DNA from: the human T2T-CHM13v2.0 reference genome, Homo sapiens
Assembly (NCBI RefSeq): GCF_009914755.1
Contig: NC_060926.1
Reading direction: 5' to 3' (one strand)
Length of the DNA stretch: 64,000 nucleotides
Numbering within the stretch: position 1 is the first letter of the stretch; every line of letters starts with the position of its first letter. The notes beneath the pieces were generated by a model. It saw nothing but the letters and a program-made list of their open reading frames with translations. It had not been told where the DNA came from and ran no database searches. Positions 14,872-35,299 of the stretch are shown piece by piece. The translations under genes were made by a program, and so were the position numbers.

Positions 14872-16048
14872 CACCTAACAACCATTAGGATGGCTGCTAT
14901 ATGAAACACACACACAAACAAAACCCCAGAAAATAAGTATCAGTGAGATTATGGAGAAATTAGAACCTTGTGCACTGTTCGTGGGAAAGTAAAATGATAC
15001 AGCTGCTATGGAAAACAGTATGACAATTCCTTAAAAAAATAAAATGAGAGTGACACTACACACACACACCCAAAAAGACTAAAAATGGAATTGCTATATG
15101 ATCCATAAAAATGGAATTCCACTTCTGGGATATACACACAAAAGAAAGGAAAGCGGGTACTTCACACTCATGCACATTCATTTTATATTTGTATACTCAT
15201 GTTCATAGCATTATTTACAACAGCCAAAAACTGGAAGCAACCCGAGTGTCCATCAAAGGATGAGTGGATAAACAAAATTTGTTATATACAGCTGACCCTT
15301 CCACAACATGAGGTTTAAGGGTGCTGACTCCTGTGTAGTCAAAAATCTATGTGTAACTTTTGACTCCCCAAAAAGTTAACTACTAATAGCCTGCTGTTGA
15401 CTAATAGCCTTACTGATAACATAAACAGTTGATTAATATATTTTGTGTGTTAATATGTGAATATACTGTATTCTTACAATAAAGTAAGCTAGAGAAAGTA
15501 CTATTAAGAAAATAATAATGAAGAGAAAATATATTTACTTTTCATTAGCTGGAGGTATCATCCTTGTCATCTTCATGTTGAGCAGGCTGAGGGGGAGAGG
15601 CAGGAGGAAGGGGTTGGTTTTGCTGTCTCAGGGGTGGCAGTGGTGAAAGAAACTCCACATAATAAGTGGAACTGCATGATTCAAACCCATGTTGTTCAAG
15701 GGTCAACTATACATAAAATGAAATATTATTCAACCTTAAAAAGGAAGGAAATTCTGACATGTGCTACAACATAGATGAAACCTAAGGACACTATGGTAAA
15801 TTAAATAAGCCGGACACAAAAGGAAAAATACTACCTGAGTCCACTTATATGAAGGCGGTCAAATGGGGAGTTTTTGTGTAATGAGTACAAAGCTTCAGTT
15901 TTGCAAGATGAAAAGTGCTCCGGAGATGGATGCCACTGATGGCTGCACAACAATGTGAATGTCCTTAATGCCACTGAACTATACACTTCAAAATGGTTAA
16001 GAGGGCAAATTTTATGCTATGTGTATTTTACCAAAAACTTTTAAAAAT
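14872..16048 (+). mobile_element. L1MB-type 3' end, interrupted by Tigger2a
   Basis: Typical 3' UTR ...GATGAAAAGTGCTCCGGAGATGGATG...CCACTGAACTATACACTTCAAAATGG. Confidence 0.75.
15289..15709. mobile_element. Tigger2a (MER28)-like Tc1/mariner non-autonomous element
   Basis: Terminal inverted repeats CAGCTGACCCTTCCACAACATG / CATGTTGTTCAAGGGTCAACTA, with TA on both sides. Confidence 0.85.
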
Positions 16049-16194
16049 ACATTAAATGTAAATTATCTAAACACCAATTAAAAAAACAGATTGTTAGATT
16101 AGATTTTTAAAAAACCAAAGAAGATCAAGGTTTCTTTCTAAAAGCAATCTACTTGAAATATAATAATATATATAAGTTAAAAAGTAAAATGATG

Positions 16195-17310
16195 AAGACT
16201 GCAAAGAGAATGAAAAGACAAACCCCAGACTGGGAGAAAATATCTGCAAAATATGTATGTGATAAAAAGACTGGTATCCAAAACAAAGAACTCTAAAAAC
16301 TCAACAAGCGTCACAATTTAAAAATAGGCAAAAGATCTAACCAGACACCTTACCATCTACAGACAGTAAGTAAGCATATGACAAAATGCTCAACGTCATA
16401 TGTCATTAGGGAATTACAAATTAAAACAACAAAACACTACTTCACACCTATTAGAATGGCCAAAATCCAAACCACACATAGCACTAACTGCTGACAAACT
16501 GTGGGACAAACAAGAACACTGTTGGTGAGAATGCAAAATAACACAGCAACTTTGGAAGACAGTTTGGCTCTTCTTATGAAACTAAGAGTACCCTTTCCAA
16601 ATAATCCAGCAATCATTATTATATATATACCTATACCCAATGAGTTGAAAACATGCCCACAAAAAAAACCTGCACATGAATATGTGTAGCAGCTTTATTC
16701 ACAATTGACAAAACTTGGAAGCAACCAAGATATGCTTCAACAGGTGAATGGATAACAGACTCTGGCATATCCATACAATGGAATATTGCTCAGTGCTAAA
16801 AAGAAATGAGCTATCAAGCCACAAAAAGACATGAAGGAACCTTAAATGCATATTGTTAAGTGAATGAACAAATCTGAAAAGGCTACATACTCTATGATTC
16901 TAACTATGTAACATTCTAGAAAGACAAAACTATGATGACAGTAAAAATATTAGTGGCTGTCAGAAGCAGGAAGGGAGGAATGAATAAGTGGAACACAAGG
17001 GAGTTTTAGGGCAGCAAAACTATTCTGAATGATACTGCAATAATGGATGCATGGTATTAAACATTTGTCAAAGCCCACAGAATGTAAAACACAGAGTGAG
17101 CCCTAATGCAAACTGTGGGCCTTAGTTAATAATGATGTATGAATATTTGCTTACCAATTGTAACAAATGCATCACACTAATGCAAGATGTTAATAATAGG
17201 GGAAATAGGGCAGGGGGTGGAGTGGGAGACGAGATGTAAGGGAAATTTCAGTATGTTATGTTCAATTTTTCTGTAAATCTAAAACTGCTTTAAAAAAAAG
17301 GTCTATTAAG
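16195..17310 (+). mobile_element. L1MC-type 3' end
   Basis: ORF2 C-terminal remnant and L1MC1/2-like 3' UTR (CATTTGTCAAAGCCCACAGAATGT...CCCTAATGCAAAC). Confidence 0.7.
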
Positions 17311-17902
17311 TTTTTTTGAAACTATGCAAAGGAGTATCTATATAATAGTTCCCTTTTGTATAAACAAAGAGGGGAAATAAAATATGCATGTACAACACTT
17401 GTTTATTTTAGCAAAAGAAACACCAGGTAGATAAACTAATGAGATTGGTACATGGTAGAGGGGTTGGGGCACTGACACTTCTCTGGATCTAACTTGTTGG
17501 CATAGTTATGACTTTTGTGACTATGTTAATATTTTACATACTACGAAAAAAAGTCAACAAAGATAGGAGGAACCTTAAAACCTAACATGAACTAAAACCA
17601 AAAGAAACTAACTAAATTTTGTTTCAAAGAATAACATAATCAGAGTAAATGGTAGTGGAAAGGGAGATTAAGCCAACTAATATTTTGAAAACAATATTTA
17701 CACTATATGTCCTCAGTCTAAAGACAAAAAACACTATAATCAAATTTTGAACTCTAGTCAGTAGGGGGTGTTTTTTGTTTGTTTTGGTGATATGGGTTAA
17801 TTCTTATTTAGCTACTTCATATGTATTTGGGGAATTAAAAAAATTCCAAATTATATATGAAGGATAATAAGAGACATAATTCTCCTTGTTGAAGAAGGAA
17901 AT

Positions 17903-18270
17903 TGTATTAGTTCATTCTCACACTACTATAAAGAAATACCTGAGACTGGGTAATTTATAAAGAAAAGAGGTTTAATTGGCTCATGGTTTTGCAAGCATGG
18001 CTGGGGAGGCCTCAGGAAACTTACAATCATGGCGGAAGGTGAAGGGGAAGCAGGCATGTCTTATATGGCAGGAGCAGGAGGAAGAGAAAGCAAGGGGAGG
18101 TGCTACACACTTTTAAACAACCAAATATTGTGAGAACTCACTATCACAAGAACAGTGAGGGGGATGTCTGTCCCCATGATCCAATCACCTCCCACCAGGT
18201 CCCTCCTCCAACATTGGGGATTACAATTCAACATGAGATTTGGGTGGGGACACAAATCCAAACCATATCA
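17903..18270 (-). mobile_element. MaLR solo LTR, MST family
   Basis: TGTATTAGT...CAAACCATATCA termini. Perfect 5-bp TSD GAAAT at 17898-17902 and 18271-18275. Confidence 0.88.
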
Positions 18271-18281
18271 GAAATTAAATA

Positions 18282-18721
18282 TGCTAAATGAATTTTGTGG
18301 GAGGCTATTGTTTTGGACTGAGCTCCTGTCCTAAGATCAGACCAAACCAGAATGGAGTCATTCATATTAAGTGCAAGGCAATCACAGTGAACTTTGAAAT
18401 GAGCCAATTAAAACAAAATGAAGCAGGAGATTCACAGCAACTAACCAGAAGGGGACTCGGCTTGTCTGAACTAGCATAAGGAAGTCCCCCTCTGTTTTAA
18501 CCGTGTAAGAAAGTAACCTGAACTAACTGATGTTAATAATTCCCTTTTGTTCCATTTCTGCTTTCTGCAGCCCTTTTCTGCTTGTAAAGCCAGCCTCCTC
18601 TGCGCAACTCATCAGAATATCCATTCTGTTTTATGGAATAAGATGTTACCCCATTCTAGAATTGCCAATAAAAGCAAATTAAGTATTTGCACTAAATTTG
18701 TTGTAATTTTGACTTTTGACA
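18282..18721 (+). mobile_element. ERV1-class solo LTR (LTR26-like)
   Basis: TG...CA termini, GGAGGCTATTGTTTTGGACTGAGCTCCTG near the start and AATAAA at ~18667. Confidence 0.6.
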
Positions 18722-18739
18722 CATACATGGAAAGATGAA

Positions 18740-20090
<1,351 letters not shown>

Positions 20091-20611
20091 TAGAGTTGTG
20101 TCAATAGGACTCGGGGCAATTTGAAAAGACTCTGACAGGACAAAAATGGAACCATTTTAGCAGTAATAAGCATCATAATAGCAATGCATTGTAATACATC
20201 AAATATATTTAAATCTATGAATTCATAATAATACCAAATTAACTCATCACCTTTGGATTGGTAAGGAAATAATTCATTAAATTCATTGAAAACTAGTTAA
20301 TAAAGGCAAAGAATCTATCATTAATCTTACCTTTCCTATGTGACTTGCACTGTTAGATAAGCAGATAATAGACAAAGAAATATTTCTCTTGGTAGCATTT
20401 TCTACTAATAAATGAATAAGGAATAAGATTACATTAGAACTCACCATTCTGCAGGCTCTAATGTATTTAGGCATCAAATATCAGTCACTGATGACATCAC
20501 AATAAGGAGGATAACCAGACTCTACGTGCCTCCTAATGAGAACACACAACCACTTATGAAGCAGTCTTGGAAAAACCAATAATAAATAAAATCAGAGTTA
20601 AGTCTCTAGAT

Positions 20612-21193
20612 CAGTGCTGTCCAACAGAAATACAATGCCAGCCACACATATATTTAAATCTTCTAGTAGCTGCATTATCAATAGTAAAAATAACAAGGTG
20701 GAAATTATTTTTAATAAATGTAACCCAATATATCAAATATTATTTCAATGCAATCAATAAACTATTAAGGGCAGGGTGCAGTGGTTCATGCCTATAATCT
20801 TTTTGGGCTCAAGCACTTTGGGATTGAGGCCAGAAGTTCAAGACCAGCTTGGGCAATACAGTAAGACCCCACCTCTGTGAAAAATAAAAAAATTAGCTGG
20901 GCATTGGTGACATGTGCCTTTAGTCCTAGCTACTCAGGAGGCTAAGGCAGGAAAATCATTTGAGCCCAGAAGTTTGAGGTTACAGTGAGATACGACTGTA
21001 TAACTACACTCCAGTCTGGGTGACAAAGCAAGACTGTCTCCTAGGGGGCAAAAAAAAAAAAACTCTTAATGAGATATTTCATATTATTTTTTGTAAAGAA
21101 TCTTCAAAATTACTGTGCATTTTGACACAGCACATCTCAATTTGTACTAGCCACATTTTGAGTGCTCAATAGCTACCATATTGAACAGCACAG
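20612..21193. mobile_element. hAT-Charlie MER33-like element, interrupted by an AluJ (20770-21062)
   Basis: CAGTGCTGTCCAA terminus. 8-bp TSD CTCTAGAT at 20604-20611 and 21194-21201. Confidence 0.8.
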
Positions 21194-21899
21194 CTCTAGA
21201 TCCAAGTACCAATTTATGAGAAATACAAAAGATAAATGAACATAGCCTCACCATAGGGATTCAATTGGCAAAATCCAGACTGTGGGAAATTCAATAGATC
21301 AAAACCTGGTTTCTTCAACAAATTAATGGCAAAGAAAAAGGAGAGACTGAGGGGGAATTTGTAGATTAAGAGATTTAAATGACAAAGGAGAAAAAAAACT
21401 GAAATGTGGTGTTTAGAAATGCACACAGGTGATAAAACTATACGAAAAGCAAAAAAGTCATTACCATAAATGTTAGGATGGTGGTTACATTTAGAGGAAA
21501 AAAGATTTCAATTGGAGTAGAGCACAGGCAGCACTTTTGGATTGTCTAACAATGTTATTTTCTGTACCTGAGTAGTGGTTACATCTTATAAATTCATGAT
21601 TAACCTATACATTTGTTTCAAGCAGTTTTCCATGTATGCGTTATATTTTATAATAAAAAGGTGTTAATTCATAAATAAATATTTGATGGAAAAAATTGAT
21701 GTTATTAGATATTAATTTCCTAAACTTCACAACAGCCCACTGTACCCCCAAACTTACCATCTCTATCTATACCCCCAGTTTCTGATCTGCTGGAATAAAA
21801 TACTCTTATTCAAGACCAACACTCCTTCTAGTCTCTTTTGGAATCTTGACCCATTAATATCACTCCTCTTTCCCATCTTCAATCTCCATCTTTCTATCA

Positions 21900-22150
21900 A
21901 GGCAATATAGGACAGTGGTAAATAACTAGGCTCTTTTGTCAGAATCCCAGGGTTCAAATCCTGGTTATGCTATTTAACTAGCTGTCTCATCTTCAGCAAG
22001 TAAAAATCTCTCTGTGACTAGCTCTCCTCATTAGCAGAAGGGTGATAATAGTATCTAATTCATAGGGCCGATATCAAAATTAAAGGAGTTAACAGATGCA
22101 AAGCCCTTTAAAGAAGGCCTGGACATTTTCACTAAGTGTTAGTCGCTATC
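21900..22150 (+). mobile_element. MIR
   Basis: Core GGTTCAAATCCTGG...TAGCTGT. Confidence 0.7.
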
Positions 22151-23168
22151 ATTATTCTCACCACCCCTACCATCTCCATTCTCTCAATGTATGAACATGC
22201 TCAGTTTTTTCACTTTTATCAAAATCCTTTCCTAAACCCTGTGTCCCTGTCTAGTTATGTTCTCTCTCCTTCCCTTTTTCCTCAAAGCAACAAAGATCAC
22301 CCAATTGCCACATCTCCTGGCAGCATTTTAGTACCTATCTTACTGACCTGCACTGGAGCATTTGATACTGTTGTCCATTTTGAACATAAAATCGTCTCCT
22401 CAAGTTCCGTGACCCCACTGTTTTGGCTGTCCCACTTTTGAGAAGGTATGATTAGTCTCAATTGCTAGACACCCTCTACCTGCTGCTTAAACTTTGCTGT
22501 TTCTCTATTTGCCATTTTCATTTCACTTCAAAAGCTGCCTAAGTGATCTGATTCGTGCTCATGGTTTGAACAATCATTTATAGGTAGCTAACCTTAAAAG
22601 CCTCCAGTTCTGAACCCTCTTCAAGCTTTAGATATATTTATCTAAATGTGTGCTGCACCTGGATGCCAAAATGTCCAATACTGTGTTCACTACAGATTGG
22701 GTCCTCCCTCTCAAATTCATTCTCAGTTAACATCCAATCACCCAGGCAGAAACCTAAGAGCAATTCCAGGCCCCTTCTTTACCCTCATCCCCAACATCCA
22801 ATCACTGAATCCTACTGATTCTACCTCTAAATTTCCTAGAAATGATCTCTTTCTCACCATCCCTACTATACCTTCCCCAGTCCCGGCCTATAGCATCTCT
22901 CACCTGGAATATAGGAACAATATCTAAAGTCTTTACTGACCTCTAATGCTACTTTCTTCCTTACTTTGCTTTATTCTAAAGTACACAGAAACACCCATAG
23001 TTGCCTAAACTTGTTTGCCTGTTTCTATGCCTTTCTACTGTTTCCCCTGCCTGGGGTGTTCTTCCCTGATTTTTATTGCATTCTTTCATTTTTTGAGATG
23101 CCGTTAAGATAACTTATCCTCAGGGGGGAAAAAAGCCTTCCATGCATTACTAGGTTGGGTCAAGTTCC

Positions 23169-23871
<703 letters not shown>

Positions 23872-26655
23872 GTTCCTCTCCTCTATCTCCCACAGCACCT
23901 CAACTAAACCATTATCATTGTATTTAACCAAATTTATTCTTAATTTTTCTTAATATGTCTTTTACTGAACAGTTATTTCCAAGGGCAGACACTGTGTTTT
24001 ACTTAGCTTTGTAACTTCAGTGTCTATCATACTTGGCAAATGGTAGGTAGTTACTATATCTTGTTGAAAGGAAGTCATTACTTTCCATTTCACATATTAC
24101 TGCCAAATTAATATTTCTAAAATTCTATTTTCATGTCATGGTACTGTTCAAAAACATTGTCACATGATAAAGTACAAATATCTTTACACTTGTCCTCCAT
24201 AATAAGACCCCAAACTACCTATACAGCATTATCTTCCACCATACTCCCTTGTATTTACCCTTGATTTTAATTAAACTGGTCTACTCAGTTTTCCAAACTG
24301 ACTTTTTGACCTCTAACTCTTCAAACCATTACAACTCATAAAAATGTTGGCCCTTTAAACTCAATACTTACTTAGCAACTTACTAGCAATTAATCTATGA
24401 TGCTATATGATATTAAAAGCATTGTTGTGATGCACACCTGAATGGAACGGTCACTAATAACTTCCATATCATCAGTAGATGAGTGGTAGGAAAAAGGCCT
24501 AGATAACTTTTTGTTCAACTTATAAAAGATATCACAAATGCAAGAAAAACATTAAACTTTTATTTTCCATTTTACCCACCTTTTTCCTCCACTCTCGCCT
24601 TCTTTTACCTTCCATGGCTTGAAGCTCATCAGGGAGGAGAAGAAAAGGACTAGCTGGCACAGAATTTCTTTCCCTGAAGCTGTGCTTCATCTGTTAATCA
24701 AAATACTAACTTGAAAAGATTCTAAACAACCAGAATTCCAGTAAGAAGGAGAAACTTCAGTACGAAAATCAGGATGTCTTATGACGCAAGTGGTCCTATA
24801 CAGACCAATCATTTGTTTCTGGAACAAGAGGTGCTGTCAGGAAAACAGTTGGCATTAAGTCAAGGAAAGGTGAAAGAAAGCCCAACTCCATCACCTCCAA
24901 GCACTCTGAAGGTAACTCTTGCTCCTGTAAAGGAGGAGGGGACCATCTGTGCAAAATCTTGCAAAGAACTCTTTAATTCCCTCTGAATTCTTCTATCTAA
25001 TATACTGGCCTAATGGAAGGAAAATAAGGGTAGGAGGGCAAAGGTAGGAGAGAACAAAAGGATTACATCTAAGTATTCAAAAATCTCAAAATCATTTGTA
25101 AAAATAACACAACACTAAGCATTCCCACTGAGAGGCTTCTATTGTGATAATCAAGCAAACTAGAAAGTTTCAGGGTCAGTTCTGAAAATAGAGAATACTA
25201 TTAAAGTAGCCAATATTTATGTAACTTTGCATTAATTATTTCTCATCTATACAACTCTGTCAGCTGATCTAGCTGAACAGTTCCATAAAGGAACCCCCCC
25301 CATTGTTACTATTTTCAGCATTCTTCCCTTGGGTTGGTTTTATTTCCCAGGGAAGACTCTGCTCTCTCCTAACTGGAGATTTTTGCCTTCTGGAAAGCAG
25401 GTTTTTAGTCCCCCACTCTTAAATAGGAGCAGATAGCAAGGAATTACCAAATATTTGAGGAAAACTTGTAATACTAAACAGGAACCAAAACAAACAGGAA
25501 AAGCAACTTGGAGGAAAAAGAGACTATGCAAGGAAAAGAAAAACAAAGAAAAAATCATCATGAATACCCTCACAGAGATGAGCTGATCTTGTACCCATGA
25601 AACAAAAACAAAATGCTACTTAAAAAATCAAGAGAAGATGGCCAAATAAGAACAGCTCCGGTCTACAGCTCCCAGCGTGAGCAATGCAGAAGATGGGTGG
25701 TTTCTGCATTTCCAACTGAGGTACCAGGTTCATCTCACTGGGGAGTGCCAGACAGTAGGTGCAAGACAGTGGGTGCAGCCTACCGTGCGCGAGCCGAAGC
25801 AGGGTGAGACACCACCTCACCCAGGAAGTGCAAGGGGTCAGGGAATTCCCTTTCCTAGTCAAAGAAAGGGGTGACAGACAGCACCTGGAAAATCGGATCA
25901 CTCCCACCCTAATACTGCGCTTTTCCAACGGGCTTAAAAAAGGTCACACCAGGAGATTATATCCCGCACCTGGCTCGGAGGGTCCTATGCCCAAGGAGTC
26001 TCCCTCATTGCTAGCACAGCGGTCCCAGATCACACTGCAAGGCAGCAGCGAGGCTGGGGGAGGGGCGCCTGCATTGCTGAGTTAGTTGTTTGATTAGGTA
26101 AACAAAGCAGCCTGGAAGCTCGAACTGGATGGAGCCCACCACAGCTAAAGGAGGCCTGCCTGCCTCTGTAGGCTCCACCTCTGGGGGCAGGGCACAGACA
26201 AACAAAAAGACAGCAGTAACCTCTGCAGACTTAAATGTCCCTCTTTGACACCTTTGAAGAGAGTAGTGGTTCTCCAAGCACACAGCTTGAGATCTGAGAA
26301 CGGGCAGACTGCCTCCTCAAGTGGGTCCCTGACCCCCGAGTACCCTAACTGGGAGGCACTCCCAGTAGGAGCGGACTGACACCTCACACGGCTTGATACT
26401 CCTCTGAGACAAAACTTCCAGAGGAACGATCAGGCAGCAGCATTTGCGGTTCACCAATATCCACTCTTCTGCAGCCACCGCTGCTGACACCAAGGCAAAC
26501 AGAGTCTGGAGTGGACCTCTAGCAAACTCCAACAGACCTGCAGCTGAGGGTCCTCTCTGTTAGAAGGAAAACTAACAAACAGAAAGGACATCCACACCAA
26601 AAACCCATCTGTACGTCACCACCTTCAAAGACCAAAAGTAGATAAAACCACAAAG

Positions 26656-27674
26656 ATGGGGGAAAAAACAGAGCAGGAAAACTGGAAACTCTAAAAATCA
26701 GAGCACCTCTCCTCCTCCAAAGGAACGCAGCTCCTCACTAGCAACGGAACAAAGCTGGACGCAGAATGACTTTGACAAGTTGAGAGAAGAAGGTTTCAGA
26801 CGATCAAACTACTCCGAGCTACAGGAGGAAATTCAAACCAATGGCAAAGAAGTTAAAAGGCTTTGAAAAAAAATTAGATGAATGGATAACTAGAATAACC
26901 AATGCAGAGAAGTCCTTAAAGGACCTGATGGAGCTGAAAACCAAGGCACGAGAGCTACGTGACGAATGCAGAAGCCTCAGTAGCCGATGCGATAAACTGG
27001 AAGAAAGGGTATCAGTGATGGAAGACGAAATGAATGAAATGAAGCGAGAAGAGAAGTTTAGAGAAAAAAGAATAAAAAGAAACGAACAAAGCCTCCAAGA
27101 AATATGGGACTATGTGAAAAGACCAAATCTACATCTGATTGGTGTACCTGAAAGTGACGGGGAGAATGGAACCAAGTTGGAAAACACTCTGTAGGATATT
27201 ATCCAAGAGAAGTTCCCCAATCTAGCAAGGCAGGCCAACATTCAGATTCAGGAAATACAGAGAATGCCACAAAGATAGTCCTTGAGAAGAGCAACTCCAA
27301 GACACATAATTGTCAGATTCACCAAAGTTGAAATGAAGAAACAAATGTTCAGGGCAGCCAGAGAGAAAGGTCAGGTTACCCACAAAGGGAAGCCCATCAG
27401 ACTAACAGCTGATCTCTCTGCAGAAACTCTACCAGCCAGAAGAGAGTGGGGACCAATATTCAACATTCTTAAAGAAAAGAATTTTCAACCCAGAATTTCA
27501 TATCCAGCCAAACTAAGCTTCATAAGTGAAGGAGAAATAAAACACTTTACAGACAAGCAAATGCTGAGAGATTTTGTCACCACCAGCCCTGCCCTAAAAG
27601 AGCTCCTGAAGGAAGCACTAAACATGGAAAGGAACAACTGGTACCAGCCACTGCAAAAACATGCCAAATTGTAA
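26656..27674 (+). pseudogene. L1 ORF1, disrupted
   Basis: ATG at 26656, then an extra G giving a stop at 26692-26694. Second +1 insertion near 26859. Nonsense TAG at 27192-27194 and 27276-27278. Fragments 26841..27194 and 27282..27674 match ORF1p. Confidence 0.92.
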
Positions 27675-27722
27675 AGAGCATCAAGGCTAGGAAGAAACTG
27701 CATCAACTAACGGGCAAAATAA

Positions 27723-31565
<3,843 letters not shown>

Positions 31566-32350
31566 ACAATGATAACACATGGACACAGGAAGGGGAACAT
31601 CACACACCAGGGACAGTTGTGGGGTGGGGGGAGGGGGGAGGGATAGCATTAGGAGATATACCTAATGATAAATGACGAGTTAATGGGTGCAGCACACCAA
31701 CATGGCACATGTATACATATGTAAGAAACCTGCATGTTGTGCACATGTACCCTAAAACTTGAAGTATAATAATAAAATACAAATTTTAAAAAGTGGAACA
31801 ATAAAAAAAAAATCAAGAGAACTCCAAATGGCTCTTAAAAACTAAATACCAAAGTAAAAATTAAGAAGGAATAACAGAACTGTAGAAAGGCCAAGATCTG
31901 AATAACAGTAGTTCTAAAAGTGAAAAATTCACTCAAGAAAATTTCTCAGACTAAAAGGACATGATTTTCCAGAGTAGAGAGGCCTAAGAAAAGTGTAACA
32001 TTTAGACACACACCCAGACAGGTCTGTGAAATTCCAGAGCATCAGAGGAAAACTGAAAATTACGAAAGCCTTAGGAGAAGGAAACAAAATCAGGAAAACA
32101 AAACAATAAGCAGAAAAGCACCGACTTCTCAGCAGCAATACAGGATATAAATGAGAAAAGTCCAGATATAAGATTCAGTGCAAGAGAAAGGTGAAGGATG
32201 TTCGCCCAAAAAAAAAAAAAAATGACTATGCAAGACCTTGGTGTACACCAATGCAAAATTGGAAAGGGTTAGAATGTTCCAGGAGAAATTTTCTCAAGAA
32301 AATGAAATGCTATAATACCTTACATGGTTGGTGATACTAACAAGAGTTGG

Positions 32351-32693
<343 letters not shown>

Positions 32694-32700
32694 TTAAAAT

Positions 32701-32975
32701 TGTTTTTTTGAGACAGGGTGTCACTCTGTCACTCAGGCTGGAGTGCAGGTGCTGCGATCTTGGGTCACTGAAGCCTCAAACTCCCAAGCTCAAGTGGTCC
32801 TCCCATCTCAGCCTCCTGAGTGGCTGAGACTATGATGCATGCCACCAAGCCTGGCTAATTTTTTAATTTTTCTGTAGAGACAGGGTCTCATTATGTTACC
32901 CAGGCTGGTCTTGAACTCCTGGGCTCAAGGATCCTTCTGCCTCAGCCTCCCAAAATGCTGGGAATAAAGGCGTGC
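32701..32975 (-). mobile_element. AluJ
   Basis: Antisense, GGGCTCAAG diagnostic. Confidence 0.88.
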
Positions 32976-33569
32976 TGGGTTCAAACTCATGATTATACAT
33001 AAAAAAACAGGTAAATAAATACAATGAAGACTATTATTAACAAAAAGGTGTACAAGAAAGGAAACATCATCATAGTACACTAAATAGTTCCACTGTCAAT
33101 AATTTTTACATAGACACAATAATGCAAATACTGAATAATGATCTGACCAAAATTATAAACAACTGGGAGGACGAGAGGACAAGAAGTGTGAAACGTGTGG
33201 TGAGGGCAGATATTACTATATTTTAAATGGTGGGAAATCAAAAGAAAATGACTAAAACTGGAAAATAAAAAGTAGCCATCTAAGAATAGTATTTAGAAAC
33301 ATCAAATAATCAGCTACAGGTGTTGAAAACAATTGGCTCCTGGGAGAATTTTTTTTTTTTTTTGGAGAAGGAGGGTTCTAGAATCAGGGAACTGCTGTTT
33401 TTTATAACAAGCCTTCTAGAACTACTTCATTCTTTAAACTACATACATGTGTTTCTGACTTTAAAATATATAAATTTTAAAGATATTAATCCCATTTATA
33501 GACATTTTTAAACCCACAAAACAATGTTTATAGACACATACAAATGTTTAGAAAGATGACTGAAATTTC

Positions 33570-33800
33570 TTGAACACTTACTATGTGCCTGGTACTGTTC
33601 TAAGTGCTTTACATATATTCACTCAAATATGTAATCATTGCAGTAACCACCATGGGGTTGGTGCTATCACTGTGGCCCATCTTATGGATAAGTACACTGA
33701 CCTGCAGAGGGGTGAAATAATTTGTCACATGTTGCATAGCCAAGAAGGAACATAACCAGGATTCAAATTCAGACAGTCTGACTCCAGCCGCATACTATTA
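33570..33800 (-). mobile_element. MIR
   Basis: CACTTACTATGTGCCTGGTACTGTTCTAAGTGCTTTAC...GGATTCAAATTCAGACAGTCTGACTCCA. Confidence 0.75.
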
Positions 33801-34038
33801 CCTTCTCAAATAAAATAATTTAAAACACAGACAGGATATTCGTCAAAATCATCACAGTGGCTGCCACCAGTAAAGAAAGAAAACGAATGGGATTGGGAAT
33901 GGGTAGAAAGTAGACTTAAATCTTCTCTGAAATTTTTTCTTTTCAAAAAAGAACTAAAACAAGTATGACAAATTGTTAACATTTAATACTGGGTGGTAGG
34001 AACATGCATGTTGTATTATTCTCTGTGGTATTCTACTA

Positions 34039-34591
<553 letters not shown>

Positions 34592-35299
34592 TCACCTTAA
34601 TGATTGATGGGTTAAAAATTCAATCTCTAAAGCCACACCACAAGATAGGACCCCCCAACCTGATGTTAGCTGTGTAACCTTGGGCAAGTCACCTAAGCAT
34701 TCTCTATTTCAGTTTCCCCTTCTCTTAAATGGGACCAACAACAGTACCTACCTCCCACAGTTGCTGTGATAATTAAATGGTTAATGCTTGTAATAATACC
34801 TGGCACTCAGTTGTCTGCTGCTACTAATACTACTGCTGTATTTATTGTCATCCAAGCATTTACCACTGTTAGGTAACATGTTGTTTGTTTACTCTTTGCT
34901 GACTAGACTGTAAGCTCCAAAAAGCAAGGACCTTGCTGTCCTGTCTTCAGCTGTTAACTCCCTTGCCAAGAACAGTGCTCTGGCACTTGCTTTATTTGGC
35001 AGTTGCTCAAATAAATCTGTGAAACAGATGTTGACCTGTGATGACAGAGAACTGCCTGTACTTTCCCCTGCAGCTGTCATGCTATTTCACTTCTCAGCCT
35101 ATGCTTCTGTTGTTCCTTCTGCCTGGAAATCCTTTCCCACCTTGATGCCTCAGCTCAGGCAAGGAACCAGAAAGGCTTCCTTGAGGTTAGGTTACATGCT
35201 CCTCCTCTGTATACCTACAGTGCCTAATATAAAATTCAATCTTAACACATGCCGTATTAGACTGAAATGATGTTTGTTATCTGTCTACCCCCACAAGAA

